From the NCBI GenBank assembly GCA_947475875.1, contig CANJME010000014.1:12992-76991 (forward strand): DNA of 64,000 nucleotides, read 5' to 3'. Origin of the DNA: Caulobacteraceae bacterium. GTDB taxonomy: Bacteria > Pseudomonadota > Alphaproteobacteria > Caulobacterales > Caulobacteraceae. Positions 42,673 to 52,386 of this stretch are shown here, piece after piece. Numbering within the stretch: the stretch's first letter is position 1; each line of letters begins with the position of its first letter. The notes under the pieces were generated by a model that worked only from the letters and a program-made list of their open reading frames with translations, had not been told where the DNA came from and did not search any database. Made by a program: the position numbers and the translations under genes.

Positions 42673-43287
42673 CTAGCGCGTGCCGCTGACGATGGCGGTG
42701 TGGCCGTTGCGGTTGCGCTGCCAGGCTTCCTCGTTGGAGCGGGCGTCGATGGGACGCTCCTTGCCATAGGACACCACCGATATCCGCGTGGCGGCGACGC
42801 CCTTGGAAACCAGATAGTCGCGCACGGCGTTGGCCCGGCGCTCGCCAAGAGCGAAGTTATATTCCTGGGTGCCGCGCTCGTCGGCATTACCCTCGATGCG
42901 CACATTCACCGCCGGATAGCGGGCAAGCCAGGTGGCCTGGGCGTCGAGGATCGGCCGCGCGTCAGTGCGGATCGAGTATTCGTTGTAGTCGAAATAGACC
43001 CGCTCGCCGACATTGAGGACGAAGTCCTGGATGCTGCCCGGACCAACGCCCGGCGGCGGTTGCACGGCGGGACCGCGGCCTGTCGGTTGCTGCAGCGGAG
43101 GCTGCTGCTGCTGCGTAACCGGCCCGCGGCCCTGCGGCTGGATCGGCGGCGGCGCCTCCTCCGCCTTCGCCGGAGGAATGACCACCGTTGGCGGCGGCGT
43201 CTTGGTCGACCCGCAGGCGGCAAGGCTGGCCGCCGTCACGGCTATGAGACTGATACGGACCAAGGCGTGGCAATCGAATCGCATCAC
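42673..43287 (-). CDS. pal: Peptidoglycan-associated lipoprotein
   Basis: Lipobox SLAAC, Pro/Gln-rich linker, OmpA-like domain (NADERGTQEYNFALGERRA). Confidence 0.9.
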   Translation of the reverse strand: MMRFDCHALVRISLIAVTAASLAACGSTKTPPPTVVIPPAKAEEAPPPIQPQGRGPVTQQQQPPLQQPTGRGPAVQPPPGVGPGSIQDFVLNVGERVYFDYNEYSIRTDARPILDAQATWLARYPAVNVRIEGNADERGTQEYNFALGERRANAVRDYLVSKGVAATRISVVSYGKERPIDARSNEEAWQRNRNGHTAIVSGTR

Positions 43288-43415
43288 ATGTTTCTCCTAG
43301 CGCCCCAAGGCGAAGATTAGCTTCAAATGGAAATAACGCCGTTCACCAAAACGCGAGCACGCGCGAACGTTGAAACGCGTTGCATCCTCGACACGTTCCT
43401 TGCCCCAATCGCGCC

Positions 43416-44741
43416 TCATTTCAACATCGGCGACCAGCCCGGATCCGATCCCGGTCCGGAGTAGGCCGCCGGCTGGATGATCCGGCCGGTCAGGTCGACA
43501 GTCCACAGGCGCGGGCCCGAGCCCGGCGATTCTCGCGAAAAGATCAGCAACCGGCCGTTCGGAGCCCAGGACGGACCTTCGTCCAGATAGCTTTCGGTAA
43601 GCAGACGCTCGTCCGAGCCGTCCGGGCGCATGATGCCGATGTGGAAGGTGGCGCCCGTCTGTTTGGTGAAGGCGATCCACTGGTCGGTGGGATCGGGCGA
43701 CCAGACCGGTGTTGTATAACGGCCCGAACCCGACGACAGCCTGCGCGCGCCGGCGCCGTCGGCGCCCATGATGTAGAGCTGGGGCGAACCGGCGCGGTCG
43801 GAATTGAACACAATCTGCCGCCCATCCGGCGAGAACGATGGCGAGGCGTCGATATTGGGGTCCGAGGTCAGCTGGGTCGGCGCCCCGCCGGCCCGGACAT
43901 TGGCCACGAAGATGTCGGCGTTGCCGCGCCGGGCGACCGAGAAGGCCACCTTTGAACCGTCCGGCGAAAACCTCGGACCCAGGGCCATGCCTTCATAGCG
44001 GCCAAGCGTCTCGGTGCGGCTGGTCTCGAGGTTGAACAGGTAAAGCTGCGAGCCGGAATCGCGCAGCGCCATATAGACCACTTCCTGGCCGCTGCTGGAA
44101 AAGCGCGGGGTGAAGATCTGGGCGGTGGCGTCGGGTCCGCCCAGGAACTGTGGATTATAACCGTCCTGGTCCATCAGGGTCAGCACCCGGCGCTTGGCGG
44201 TCTTGGGCCCGCTTTCCGAGACAAAGGCGATGCGGGTGTCGAAATAGCCGGCCTCGCCGGTCAGCTGAGCGTAGATCTTGTCCGAGATCTGGTGGCCGAT
44301 GCGCCGCCAGCTTTCCTCGGCGGCCTCGAAGTGGGCGCCGACGCCCTTGACCTCCTGGGCGGCGTTGACGTCCCAGAGGCGGAAATCGACGGTGAGCAGG
44401 CCGCTGGCTCCCCGGCTGACCTGACCGGTCACCAGATATTGCGACCCCACCAGCTTCCAGTTCGGAAAGGCCGGATAGGTGGAAAACTGAACGTCCTTGT
44501 CGATGTAGCGCAGGGGATCGACCGGCGAGAACAGGCCCGAGCGGCCAAGGTTGTTGCGGATGATCTCGGCCAGTTCCGTGCCGTGCGGCCCGGCGCCCGA
44601 AAACCCCGGCGCGGCGATGACGATGGGGGCGATATTGGCTCTGGAGATCACCACCTCGCCCTGGGGCTGGCTCCAGGCGCCGACCGCTGCAAGCTGGGCG
44701 GCCAGGACCACAAAGGCGGCGGTCAGGATTTTTCTCATCAT
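43416..44741 (-). CDS. tolB: Tol-Pal system beta-propeller protein TolB
   Basis: Signal peptide, TolB N-domain and repeated PxWSPDG propeller motifs. Start taken at MMRKIL. Confidence 0.9.
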   Translation of the reverse strand: MMRKILTAAFVVLAAQLAAVGAWSQPQGEVVISRANIAPIVIAAPGFSGAGPHGTELAEIIRNNLGRSGLFSPVDPLRYIDKDVQFSTYPAFPNWKLVGSQYLVTGQVSRGASGLLTVDFRLWDVNAAQEVKGVGAHFEAAEESWRRIGHQISDKIYAQLTGEAGYFDTRIAFVSESGPKTAKRRVLTLMDQDGYNPQFLGGPDATAQIFTPRFSSSGQEVVYMALRDSGSQLYLFNLETSRTETLGRYEGMALGPRFSPDGSKVAFSVARRGNADIFVANVRAGGAPTQLTSDPNIDASPSFSPDGRQIVFNSDRAGSPQLYIMGADGAGARRLSSGSGRYTTPVWSPDPTDQWIAFTKQTGATFHIGIMRPDGSDERLLTESYLDEGPSWAPNGRLLIFSRESPGSGPRLWTVDLTGRIIQPAAYSGPGSDPGWSPMLK

Positions 44742-45592
44742 CGGCCTCTCATTCGTTCGGCGCACAGTTCACTGGCGGGGAAGGTGTAAAGGTGCGTACG
44801 CCACTCGGAATAGGATTCAGCGGGTAGACCCGTGAAGGGCGCCGCCGCCCGGGCCGCGCTGACCGCGCCGATCGCCGCCGCGCGAACCTTGGGATCGGGA
44901 ATGTCTTCCACGCGGTCATACTTATCGGGTTTGACGGCAATGAGGCCGCCGTTGACCCCCAGGTCGATGCGCAGCCGAACGACGATGCTGCGGTCTTCGG
45001 CGCTGGCGCAGCTTAAGTTCCAGTTGTCGGCGATCTTGTTCCCGATCGCCTGCAGGGCGTTGGCGGCGGCCGCCCTGGCCTCGCCCTCCGCCTGGCGCGC
45101 CATGGCGTCCTTTTCGGCCTGCGTCGGCCCCTTGGGCGCGGCGGCGACCGGGCGAGGCGGCGGTGAGGGTGGCGAGGCGGCGGCCAGGGTCCGCGCCAGG
45201 TCATTCAGATTAAGCGGCTTGGCCTCGGGCTTCGACGGCTTGGCGGGCGCCACGGCCTTGGCGACCGGCTTGGGGGCCGGCTCGGGCTTGGCCGGTTTCG
45301 GCGGCGGGGCGGGAGCCGGTGGTTTCGGCGCAGGCGGTGTGGGCTTGGGCGGCGGTTGTTCCTTGGCCGGCGCGGGTTCGGGCTTTTCGACCTGGGCCTG
45401 CTGGGGCTCTGCGGCTTCCTCGGCGGCGCGCAGGGGCGCGATCTCGGCAGCGGTCATCAGGGTGACCGGCGTGATGTGGACGGGCGGGCGATGGGCGGTG
45501 AACGGCCAGGCGATTAAGCCGGCCAGCAACAGGCCGCCGTGCAAAAGGATCGACAGTCCCAAAGCCGTCGGCCGGTTGACGGTCTGCATCAC
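44738..45592 (-). CDS. tolA: Cell envelope integrity protein TolA
   Basis: N-terminal TM anchor, long Pro/Ala/Lys-rich linker, C-terminal TolA/TonB-like domain. Position between tolR and tolB. Confidence 0.75.
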   Translation of the reverse strand: MMQTVNRPTALGLSILLHGGLLLAGLIAWPFTAHRPPVHITPVTLMTAAEIAPLRAAEEAAEPQQAQVEKPEPAPAKEQPPPKPTPPAPKPPAPAPPPKPAKPEPAPKPVAKAVAPAKPSKPEAKPLNLNDLARTLAAASPPSPPPRPVAAAPKGPTQAEKDAMARQAEGEARAAAANALQAIGNKIADNWNLSCASAEDRSIVVRLRIDLGVNGGLIAVKPDKYDRVEDIPDPKVRAAAIGAVSAARAAAPFTGLPAESYSEWRTHLYTFPASELCAERMRGR

Positions 45593-45596
45593 AGCC

Positions 45597-46127
45597 TCAG
45601 GTCCCGGACTTGCGGAGGGGTCCTCCGCCCTTCGCGGCGGCTTTGTCGGGAGCGGCCGCTTTTGCCGCCGGATCGCCGCCGGACGAGGGCCCGCCGGTGT
45701 CGGTGATCAGGCCGATCTTGGTGAAGCCAGCTGTCTGCAGCGCAGCCATCACCTGGGCGACGGTCTCGTAAGCCGCCTTGCCGTCCGATCGCACATAGAT
45801 CGGCTTGTCGAAGCCGGCCTTGCCCAGGCCGGTCAGCGCCGGGGTCAGGTTGGCGAAAGGCACCGGTGCGTCCTGCAGAAAGATCGTGCCGTCGGCGCGG
45901 ATGGTGATGTTGAGCGGCTCGGTCTCCTCGCTCATCGCCCCGGCCTCGGTCTTGGGCAGTTCGACCTTGACGCCGGCGGTCAGCAGAGGCGCCGAGATCA
46001 TGAAAATGATCAACAGCACCAGCATGACGTCGATCATCGGCGTCATGTTGATTTCAGACAAAGCCCGCCGGCCGCGCCCGCGCCGTCGTCCGCGCCGCGA
46101 GGTTGATGAGTCGAGGGAGAGCGCCAT
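45597..46127 (-). CDS. tolR: Biopolymer transport protein TolR (ExbD family)
   Basis: [18 protein letters not shown] signature TM with conserved Asp. Confidence 0.9.
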   Translation of the reverse strand: MALSLDSSTSRRGRRRGRGRRALSEINMTPMIDVMLVLLIIFMISAPLLTAGVKVELPKTEAGAMSEETEPLNITIRADGTIFLQDAPVPFANLTPALTGLGKAGFDKPIYVRSDGKAAYETVAQVMAALQTAGFTKIGLITDTGGPSSGGDPAAKAAAPDKAAAKGGGPLRKSGT

Positions 46128-46136
46128 CGGAGGGCC

Positions 46137-46823
46137 TCAGCCCTGACCGGCGGCGCGCCGGGCGATAGCGGTCAAAAGATCGTCGGCGAAGCTCTCCAGC
46201 CGGCCCTGGAACTTGCCTGCGTCGGTGGTGAACTTGTTGTAGGCGATATAGGCCGGAATGGCGGCGGCCAGGCCGATGGCCGTGGCGAACAGCGCCTCGG
46301 CGATCGAGGGCGCGACGACGGCGAGGTTGGTGTTTTCCTGCACGGCGATGGCCTGGAAGGCGTGCATGATCCCCCAGACCGTGCCGAAGAGGCCGATGAA
46401 CGGGCTGGCGGTGGCGATGATGGCCAGTGTGCCGAGCCCTTCCTCCACCGCGCCACCGTCGCGCGAGATTGAGGCGTCCAGCACCCGGTCGATGCGCTGG
46501 ATCAGGAGCGCCGCCTGGGTGTCATTGAGGGGCCCGCCGCTCTTGGCCTGGCGCCATTCGCGCACGGCGGACTGCAGCATGCGGGGCAGGGCGTGGCGCG
46601 GCTTGTCGCCGGCGCGCTGGGCGAGGTCTTCAAGGGAGGTCCCCCCGTCGATCTCATCCTCAAAGGCGTCGGCCTCACGGTTGAGGTTCGCGAACCGCAA
46701 AAGCTTGTCGATGATGATCGCCCATGACCACAGGGAAGCGATGGCAAGGCCGGTGAGCACCGCCTTCACCACCCAGTCGGCGCGCATGAAAATCGAGAGG
46801 GCGGAAAAGCTGTGGGCGTCCAT
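46137..46823 (-). CDS. tolQ: Tol-Pal proton channel protein TolQ (MotA/ExbB family)
   Basis: Three-TM MotA/TolQ/ExbB pattern with [10 protein letters not shown]. Confidence 0.9.
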   Translation of the reverse strand: MDAHSFSALSIFMRADWVVKAVLTGLAIASLWSWAIIIDKLLRFANLNREADAFEDEIDGGTSLEDLAQRAGDKPRHALPRMLQSAVREWRQAKSGGPLNDTQAALLIQRIDRVLDASISRDGGAVEEGLGTLAIIATASPFIGLFGTVWGIMHAFQAIAVQENTNLAVVAPSIAEALFATAIGLAAAIPAYIAYNKFTTDAGKFQGRLESFADDLLTAIARRAAGQG

Positions 46824-46892
46824 GGGAGCCTTTTTGCCGATTTATGGTGACCGATTCCTTACGAACGCGACTTGGTGAAACTGTGGCAAGCG

Positions 46893-47318
46893 TCAGGAAG
46901 GTGTGGGAATCAGCGCTTCGAGGGCCTTGGACAGCGCCTCCGGTATCCGCCGCGGCCGCCCCGAGAGCGTGATCAGCACCACTTCCAGCCGCGCCGTGGC
47001 GATGATTTCGCCCGCCCGCTCCAGCCGCTGGTCGATGAACATCCGCGCCCCGCGCAGAGACACAAATCGGGTGTGAACCACCAGATCCTCCTCGATCCGC
47101 GCCGGGCGTTCGAAGTCGATCTCCATATGCCGCACCACCATGGCCGAAGGCGGCTCCCAGGCCAGCAGATCCCGGTGCGTCACCCCCGCCGCGCGCAGGG
47201 CCTCGGACCGCCCACGCTCAAAAAACTTCAGATAGTTGGCGTGATAGACGAAGCCCGAAAAATCGGTGTCCTCGTAATAGACGCGGACGGGGAAGGCGTG
47301 GTCACGACTGTCAGGCAT
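46893..47318 (-). CDS. ybgC: Tol-Pal-associated acyl-CoA thioesterase (YbgC/FadM family)
   Basis: FPVRVYYEDTDFSGFVYHANYLKFFERGR hotdog signature. ATG at 47318 overlaps the stop of the upstream ORF (TGATG). Confidence 0.85.
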   Translation of the reverse strand: MPDSRDHAFPVRVYYEDTDFSGFVYHANYLKFFERGRSEALRAAGVTHRDLLAWEPPSAMVVRHMEIDFERPARIEEDLVVHTRFVSLRGARMFIDQRLERAGEIIATARLEVVLITLSGRPRRIPEALSKALEALIPTPS

Positions 47319-47860
47319 CAATTTTCGACCAGAGTGGCTTTGAGCTCATCGGTCAGGAATTCCACAATGGCCTTGTGCTGTCTGCGATCGAAGAGGCGAA
47401 AAAAAGAAACCCCGCCAAAGCCAAGGGCAAATATCGCCAAGACAAACAAGAACCCCAACCAGGATTCCACGTCGCTGGGTTTTGAGAGCGCCGTCAATAG
47501 CGTGAAGAATCCAAAACCTGTGCCCGCGACCAGCCACAGAATGAGGGAAAACCTCATCCATCGGGACATTCCGGACTGACATCGAATTTGGCTTCCTCCT
47601 CCAGCAGATAGAAAGGTCACCCGCGTGACATCGCCATAGGCCGTGGTCGGAAATGCCTTCCACCGGAGAATCGCGTGGTCCTTGCGCACCTCTCCGACAA
47701 CCACGCCAAATCCAAGGTGGGAGAAATTCGCATCGCACGTTGCCCTAAGGCGACTGAGACAGTCAGCCGCCGAAAGCTCCGAGCGCAGTTCCGTGCTTCG
47801 GATATGGAACGGGTTTAGGGCGTGTTCAGTGCTGTCCCCCTCCATCGCTTGGGCGCTCAT
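47318..47860 (-). CDS. Hypothetical two-TM membrane protein, compositionally atypical (~51% GC)
   Basis: 180-aa ORF. Its ATG overlaps the ruvB stop (ATGA) and its TGA overlaps the ybgC ATG. It has a ~100-aa soluble N-domain and two hydrophobic helices ([22 protein letters not shown] and [21 protein letters not shown]). No motif recognised. Confidence 0.6.
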   Translation of the reverse strand: MSAQAMEGDSTEHALNPFHIRSTELRSELSAADCLSRLRATCDANFSHLGFGVVVGEVRKDHAILRWKAFPTTAYGDVTRVTFLSAGGGSQIRCQSGMSRWMRFSLILWLVAGTGFGFFTLLTALSKPSDVESWLGFLFVLAIFALGFGGVSFFRLFDRRQHKAIVEFLTDELKATLVEN

Positions 47861-48882
47861 TCCTCGAACAATCCCGGCTGGCCCTTGGGCTGTGGCGGGA
47901 CCGCCAGGCCCAGATGCTCGTAGGCCTTGCTGCAGGCGAGCCGCCCTCTCGGCGTCCTCTGGATGAAACCTTGCTGCATCAGGAAGGGCTCGACCACGTC
48001 TTCCACCGAATCCCGCGCCTCGGCGATGGCGTGGGAGAGGGTTTCGGCCCCAGCCGGGCCGCCGCCATAGTTCTCGATCAGGGCGCGCAGATATTTGCGG
48101 TCCAGCGCATCGAGGCCCAGCTCGTCCACATCCAGCCTCGCCAGCGCGCCGGCCGCCACGGCCTTGGTGATAACCGCCGCTCCGTCCGAAACCGCGAAAT
48201 CCCGCACCCGGCGGAGCAGGCGCCCGGCGACGCGCGGCGTGCCCCGCGCCCGGGCGGCGATCTCGGCGGCGCCGTCTTCGGCCAGATCGACGCCCATCTT
48301 GCGGGCGGCCTGGCTCAGCACCTTCTGCAGTTCGGCGGGCGTGTAGAATTCGAGCCGCAGCGGTATCCCGAACCGGTCGCGCAGCGGCGTCGCCAGCAGC
48401 CCCGCCCGCGTCGTCGCCGCCACCAGGGTGAAGGGGGCCAGATCAATGCGCACCGAGCGCGCCGAGGGGCCCTCGCCGATGATCAGGTCGAGGACGTGGT
48501 CTTCCATGGCCGGATAGAGGATTTCCTCAACCGGCGCGGCGAGGCGATGGATCTCATCGATGAAGAGAACGTCGCGCGGTTCAAGGTTGGTCAGGATGGC
48601 CGCAAGGTCCCCGGCCTTGGCCAGCACCGGCCCGGACGTGGCCCGGAAATTCACCCCCAGCTCGCGCGCTACGATCTGCGCCAGCGTGGTCTTGCCCAGC
48701 CCCGGGGGGCCGAACAGCAGCACATGGTCCAGCGCCTCGGACCGGCCGCGCGCGGCGTCGATAAATACCTTCAGATTGGCCTTGATCTGGCTCTGGCCGA
48801 CAAACTCGGCCAGAGTCTGTGGCCGGAGCGCCTTGTCCGGCGCCTCGAACGCCTCGGCCTCGCCGGACACCAGCCGGCTCAC
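47857..48882 (-). CDS. ruvB: Holliday junction branch migration helicase RuvB
   Basis: Walker [10 protein letters not shown] and the full RuvB pattern. Confidence 0.95.
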   Translation of the reverse strand: MSRLVSGEAEAFEAPDKALRPQTLAEFVGQSQIKANLKVFIDAARGRSEALDHVLLFGPPGLGKTTLAQIVARELGVNFRATSGPVLAKAGDLAAILTNLEPRDVLFIDEIHRLAAPVEEILYPAMEDHVLDLIIGEGPSARSVRIDLAPFTLVAATTRAGLLATPLRDRFGIPLRLEFYTPAELQKVLSQAARKMGVDLAEDGAAEIAARARGTPRVAGRLLRRVRDFAVSDGAAVITKAVAAGALARLDVDELGLDALDRKYLRALIENYGGGPAGAETLSHAIAEARDSVEDVVEPFLMQQGFIQRTPRGRLACSKAYEHLGLAVPPQPKGQPGLFEE

Positions 48883-49472
48883 CGCCCCAGCTCCTGCAGT
48901 CCGGCCTTGATCAGGGCCGGGATCTCGGCGTCCTCACCCAGCTTCAACGCCGCGTGTTCGACCACGCGGCGGGCATTGGCTTCGGCGACGCCAAGGCCCA
49001 TCAGGGCGGCGACCGCTTCACCGACGGCGGACGGCGGCGGCGGGGCGTGGGCGATAGATGGCCCCTCGGTCAGCGGCTTGCCCTTCAGTTCGGTGACGAT
49101 GCGTAAGGCCAGCTTCGGTCCGACACCCGAGGCCCGCGCCACCGCCGCCTGATCGCCGCGTGCGGCGGCGGCGGCCAGTTCGCTGGGCGTGAAGATGTCG
49201 AGCACCGCCAGCGCCGCCTTGGGGCCCACGCCCTGGATGACCTGCAGCGAGACAAAAGCCCGCCGGTCCTCGCGCGACAGAAAACCGTAGAGCCGCAGCC
49301 CCCCCGATTCCGTCCACTGGCTTTCCACGTGCAGCAACGTCTCATCGCCGATGGCCGGCAGGCGCGACAGCGTCCGCGATCCACAGCGCACCACATAGCC
49401 CACCCCGCCCACATCGATCAGGGCTTCTTCCTCGGTGGTTTCAGCGAGCGCCCCGCGCAATCTTCCAATCAT
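48879..49472 (-). CDS. ruvA: Holliday junction DNA-binding protein RuvA
   Basis: MIGRLRG start and the GVGPK helix-hairpin-helix motif twice. Confidence 0.9.
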   Translation of the reverse strand: MIGRLRGALAETTEEEALIDVGGVGYVVRCGSRTLSRLPAIGDETLLHVESQWTESGGLRLYGFLSREDRRAFVSLQVIQGVGPKAALAVLDIFTPSELAAAAARGDQAAVARASGVGPKLALRIVTELKGKPLTEGPSIAHAPPPPSAVGEAVAALMGLGVAEANARRVVEHAALKLGEDAEIPALIKAGLQELGR

Positions 49473-49966
49473 GCGGCTAACATTCTGGAGCGCCGCGCGT
49501 GGGCATGAGCAATCGCCACCGCCAGGGCATCGGCCGCATCGGCCGTGGGCGAGCCTGCGGTCGGCAGCAGCCGGGCGATCATGAAGGCCACCTGGTCCTT
49601 GTCTGCCCCGCCGGTGCCGACCACGGCTTTCTTGACCACCTTGGCGGCGTATTCGGCCACCGGCAGTCCCGCCCTGGCCGGCGCGATCATGGCGCAGGCC
49701 CGGGCGTGGCCCAGTTTCAGGGTCGAGGAGCCATTGGCCGTCATGAAGGTTTCCTCGACCGCCGCCTCATGGGGTTCGTGCTCAGCGATCACCGCGCTGA
49801 TCTCTTCGAACAGGCAAAGCAGGCGTAGGGCGAAGTCCAGTTTGTCCGGCGGCGAGATCACCCCGTGGGCGATGTGGGAAAGGCGCGAGCCCTCCACGGC
49901 GATCACCCCCCAACCAGTGTGCCGCAAGCCCGGGTCCAGCCCCAATATCCGAATCGCGTTCGCCAT
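49469..49966 (-). CDS. ruvC: Crossover junction endodeoxyribonuclease RuvC
   Basis: [15 protein letters not shown] catalytic Asp motif. ATG at 49966 is preferred. Confidence 0.9.
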   Translation of the reverse strand: MANAIRILGLDPGLRHTGWGVIAVEGSRLSHIAHGVISPPDKLDFALRLLCLFEEISAVIAEHEPHEAAVEETFMTANGSSTLKLGHARACAMIAPARAGLPVAEYAAKVVKKAVVGTGGADKDQVAFMIARLLPTAGSPTADAADALAVAIAHAHARRSRMLAA

Positions 49967-50082
49967 CTGTTCGTATAGAGTGGCGCCGTCCTTAAGGAAG
50001 CGCAAAGACTGATCGCGGTCGTTTGTCTTGACTTGAGCGGACGGCCGGGCCGAGGCTGGCGCGAACGACCTTGGGGAAGGCC

Positions 50083-50604
50083 ATGTTCCGTACGATGCAG
50101 CGACGGATTGCGCTCGGCGCCCTGGCGGCGCTGATCGTTACGCTGGTTGTCGTCTTCGCGCCCTGGGGTCAGATCGGCGCGCCGCATCCGGCGCCTGCAG
50201 ACGCTGGTGAGCGTCTGGCCTTAGCCGCGCAGTGGCTGTTGATCCCGGGCCTGGCCCTGCTGGTCGGCGTCGGCGTGCTCTCCAACGCCCGGTTCATGTC
50301 GCCGGGGGCCATCGAGGGCCAGCGGGTGGTCGACAGCCCCGCCTTTGACATCAACCAGCGTTATAACCTGAACACCCTGGAACAGGCCGCGCTGGCCGCC
50401 GTCGCCTGGACGGGCCTTTCGCTGACCCTGCCGGCTGATCAGCTGGGCCTGATTCCGCGCCTTGCTGTTCAGTTCGGGGTCGGCCGGGCGCTCTTCTGGA
50501 TCGGCTATCTCTACGCCCCCTGGGCGCGGGCTTTCGGCATGGGCCTGACCAGCTATCCGACGGCGGGCGCTCTGGTCTGGCTGGCGTGGGGCGCCCTGAC
50601 CTAA
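50083..50604 (+). CDS. MAPEG family membrane protein (tentative)
   Basis: Four hydrophobic helices. The NLNTLEQ motif resembles the MAPEG N-x-x-E region. ATG at 50083 follows GGGGAAGG. Confidence 0.55.
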   Translation: MFRTMQRRIALGALAALIVTLVVVFAPWGQIGAPHPAPADAGERLALAAQWLLIPGLALLVGVGVLSNARFMSPGAIEGQRVVDSPAFDINQRYNLNTLEQAALAAVAWTGLSLTLPADQLGLIPRLAVQFGVGRALFWIGYLYAPWARAFGMGLTSYPTAGALVWLAWGALT

Positions 50605-51347
50605 CCGCCCAGCTTCGCCAGATCGGCCTCGGAAATATCGGCGTTGGTCCAGACGTTCTGGACATCGTCATCGTCGTCCAGCGCATCCAGCAGCTTCATC
50701 AGGGTCGCCACGGCATCGCCCTCGATCGCCGTGTCAGACTTGGCCCGCCAGATGATCTCGGTGGATTTCGGATCGCCGAGGGCCGCGGTCATGGCCTCGG
50801 CCACCTCGTTCATGCTCTCGAAGGCCGTGTAGATGGTGTGGCCCTCGGCGTCGGACTGAACGTCCTCGGCCCCGGCCTCGATGGCCGCTTCCATGACCTG
50901 GTCCTCGCTGCCTGCCGCGGCCGGATAGGTGATCTGGCCCAGGTGGTCGAACATGAAGCCGGCCGAGCCGGTTTCCCCCATCGCCCCGCCGTATTTGGAA
51001 AATAGCGCCCGGATATTGGCGGCGGCGCGGTTGCGGTTATCGGTCAGGGTCTCGACGATGATGGCGACGCCACTGGGCCCGCGGCCCTCATAGCGGATTT
51101 CCTCAAGGGAATCGGTCTCGCCGCCGAGCGCCTTCTTTATGGCCCGCTCGATGTTTTCCCGCGGCATGGATTCAACCCGGGCGTTGGCGATGGCCAGGCG
51201 CAGCCGGGCATTGGCGCTGGGGTCAGGCAGCCCCTGTTTGGCGGCCACGGTGATGTCGCGCGACAGCTTGGAGAACAGCTTGGAGCGCTTCTTGTCCTGC
51301 GCGCCCTTGCGGAACTGGATGTTCTTGAATTTCGAGTGGCCGGCCAT
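50601..51347 (-). CDS. yebC: YebC/PmpR family DNA-binding transcriptional regulator
   Basis: MAGHSKFKNIQFRKGAQDKKRSKLFSKL signature N-terminus. Confidence 0.9.
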   Translation of the reverse strand: MAGHSKFKNIQFRKGAQDKKRSKLFSKLSRDITVAAKQGLPDPSANARLRLAIANARVESMPRENIERAIKKALGGETDSLEEIRYEGRGPSGVAIIVETLTDNRNRAAANIRALFSKYGGAMGETGSAGFMFDHLGQITYPAAAGSEDQVMEAAIEAGAEDVQSDAEGHTIYTAFESMNEVAEAMTAALGDPKSTEIIWRAKSDTAIEGDAVATLMKLLDALDDDDDVQNVWTNADISEADLAKLGG

Positions 51348-51491
51348 GAGCGTCTTCTTGGGGTGTCTTCTGTTGGTGTCGTTGCGGGGGGGCTTCTAGA
51401 GGGTTTTCAGGCGAAGTGGAAACCGGTTCGCCGTCTGAGCTTTCAGGAACCTGCAGCCGTGCGGCGGGTTTGCACCCTGATGGAGAGCCCC

Positions 51492-51749
51492 ATGACCACC
51501 CACGAATTTCTCGACGAGCCCGAGACCCTGCCTCAGGAGATTGTCGATTGGCAGCCCAACTATCATGCCCCGGCCATGCCCGGGCTCGGGTCGCTGACGC
51601 GCGCGGCTGGGGCCGGGGCGGTCAGCGCCCTGGCCCTGGGCGCCTTGGCGATAGGCGCGGTGGTGATCGGCCGGCTGGTCGTCGGCAAGGCGCGCATCCG
51701 CCGGCTGGAGATCGATCAGCTGGTGGTCCGCGACCTCAGGCTGCCCTAA
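51492..51749 (+). CDS. Small hypothetical protein with C-terminal hydrophobic Gly/Ala helix and RIRRLEIDQLVV tail
   Basis: ATG at 51492 is preceded by GGAGAG. The overlapping alternative-frame ORF (51416..52156) is Arg/Gly-rich, an artefact pattern. No motif with known function. Confidence 0.4.
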   Translation: MTTHEFLDEPETLPQEIVDWQPNYHAPAMPGLGSLTRAAGAGAVSALALGALAIGAVVIGRLVVGKARIRRLEIDQLVVRDLRLP

Positions 51750-52159
51750 GCTACCGCCAGTTTCACATCCACGTTGTTCCGGGTCGCCTTGGAATAGGGG
51801 CAGACCTCGTGGGCTGCTTCCAGCAGGCGCTGGGCGGTTGCCTTGTCCAGATCCGGGGCGGTGAGGGTCAGGGTTGCGCCGATCTTGAAGGTGGGGGCGT
51901 CGCGGATCAGATCGATGGTCACATCGACGCTGTGCTCGCCGAGCGCGATTTTCTCCTGCCGGGCGACAAAGCCAAGCGCCCCGGTGAAACAGGCCCCGTA
52001 GCCGGCCGCGAACAGCTGCTCGGGGTTGGTGCCGGCGCCGTCACCGCCGAGCTCCTTCGGATAGGCCAGCTTGACGTCCAGCTTGCCGTCATCGGTCCTG
52101 GCGGTTCCATTGCGGCCGCCGACGGTGTGCGCATGGGCGGAATAGACGGTGTCTGACAT
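51746..52159 (-). CDS. ohr: Organic hydroperoxide resistance protein (Ohr/OsmC family)
   Basis: GTNPEQLFAAGYGACF and AHEVCPYSKATRNN contain the two catalytic Cys. ATG at 52159. Confidence 0.85.
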   Translation of the reverse strand: MSDTVYSAHAHTVGGRNGTARTDDGKLDVKLAYPKELGGDGAGTNPEQLFAAGYGACFTGALGFVARQEKIALGEHSVDVTIDLIRDAPTFKIGATLTLTAPDLDKATAQRLLEAAHEVCPYSKATRNNVDVKLAVA

Positions 52160-52386
52160 GATGTCGCTCCCTGGACGGCGAGACCGCGACCGGCTGCGGC
52201 CGCTGGCAGGGAAGGGGGTTTTGGCGGCAGATTCAAGATGCAAACGCGCACGCTCCACGGTGCGTGCGAGCGTGATTTGTGGGCGCTGGTTGCATTTTTG
52301 AAAAATGCGGGCCGCAATCGCGTGGCAAAAATGCTATGATCGCCCCACCTGCAGTCCTCCAACCATCGCCTTTTCAAGGACCTGAC

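Noticed and set aside
44832-46106. 424-aa plus-strand ORF
   Set aside because: It lies antisense to tolA and tolR. It is low-complexity Ala/Gly/Ser/Arg sequence that mirrors the Pro/Ala-rich TolA linker.
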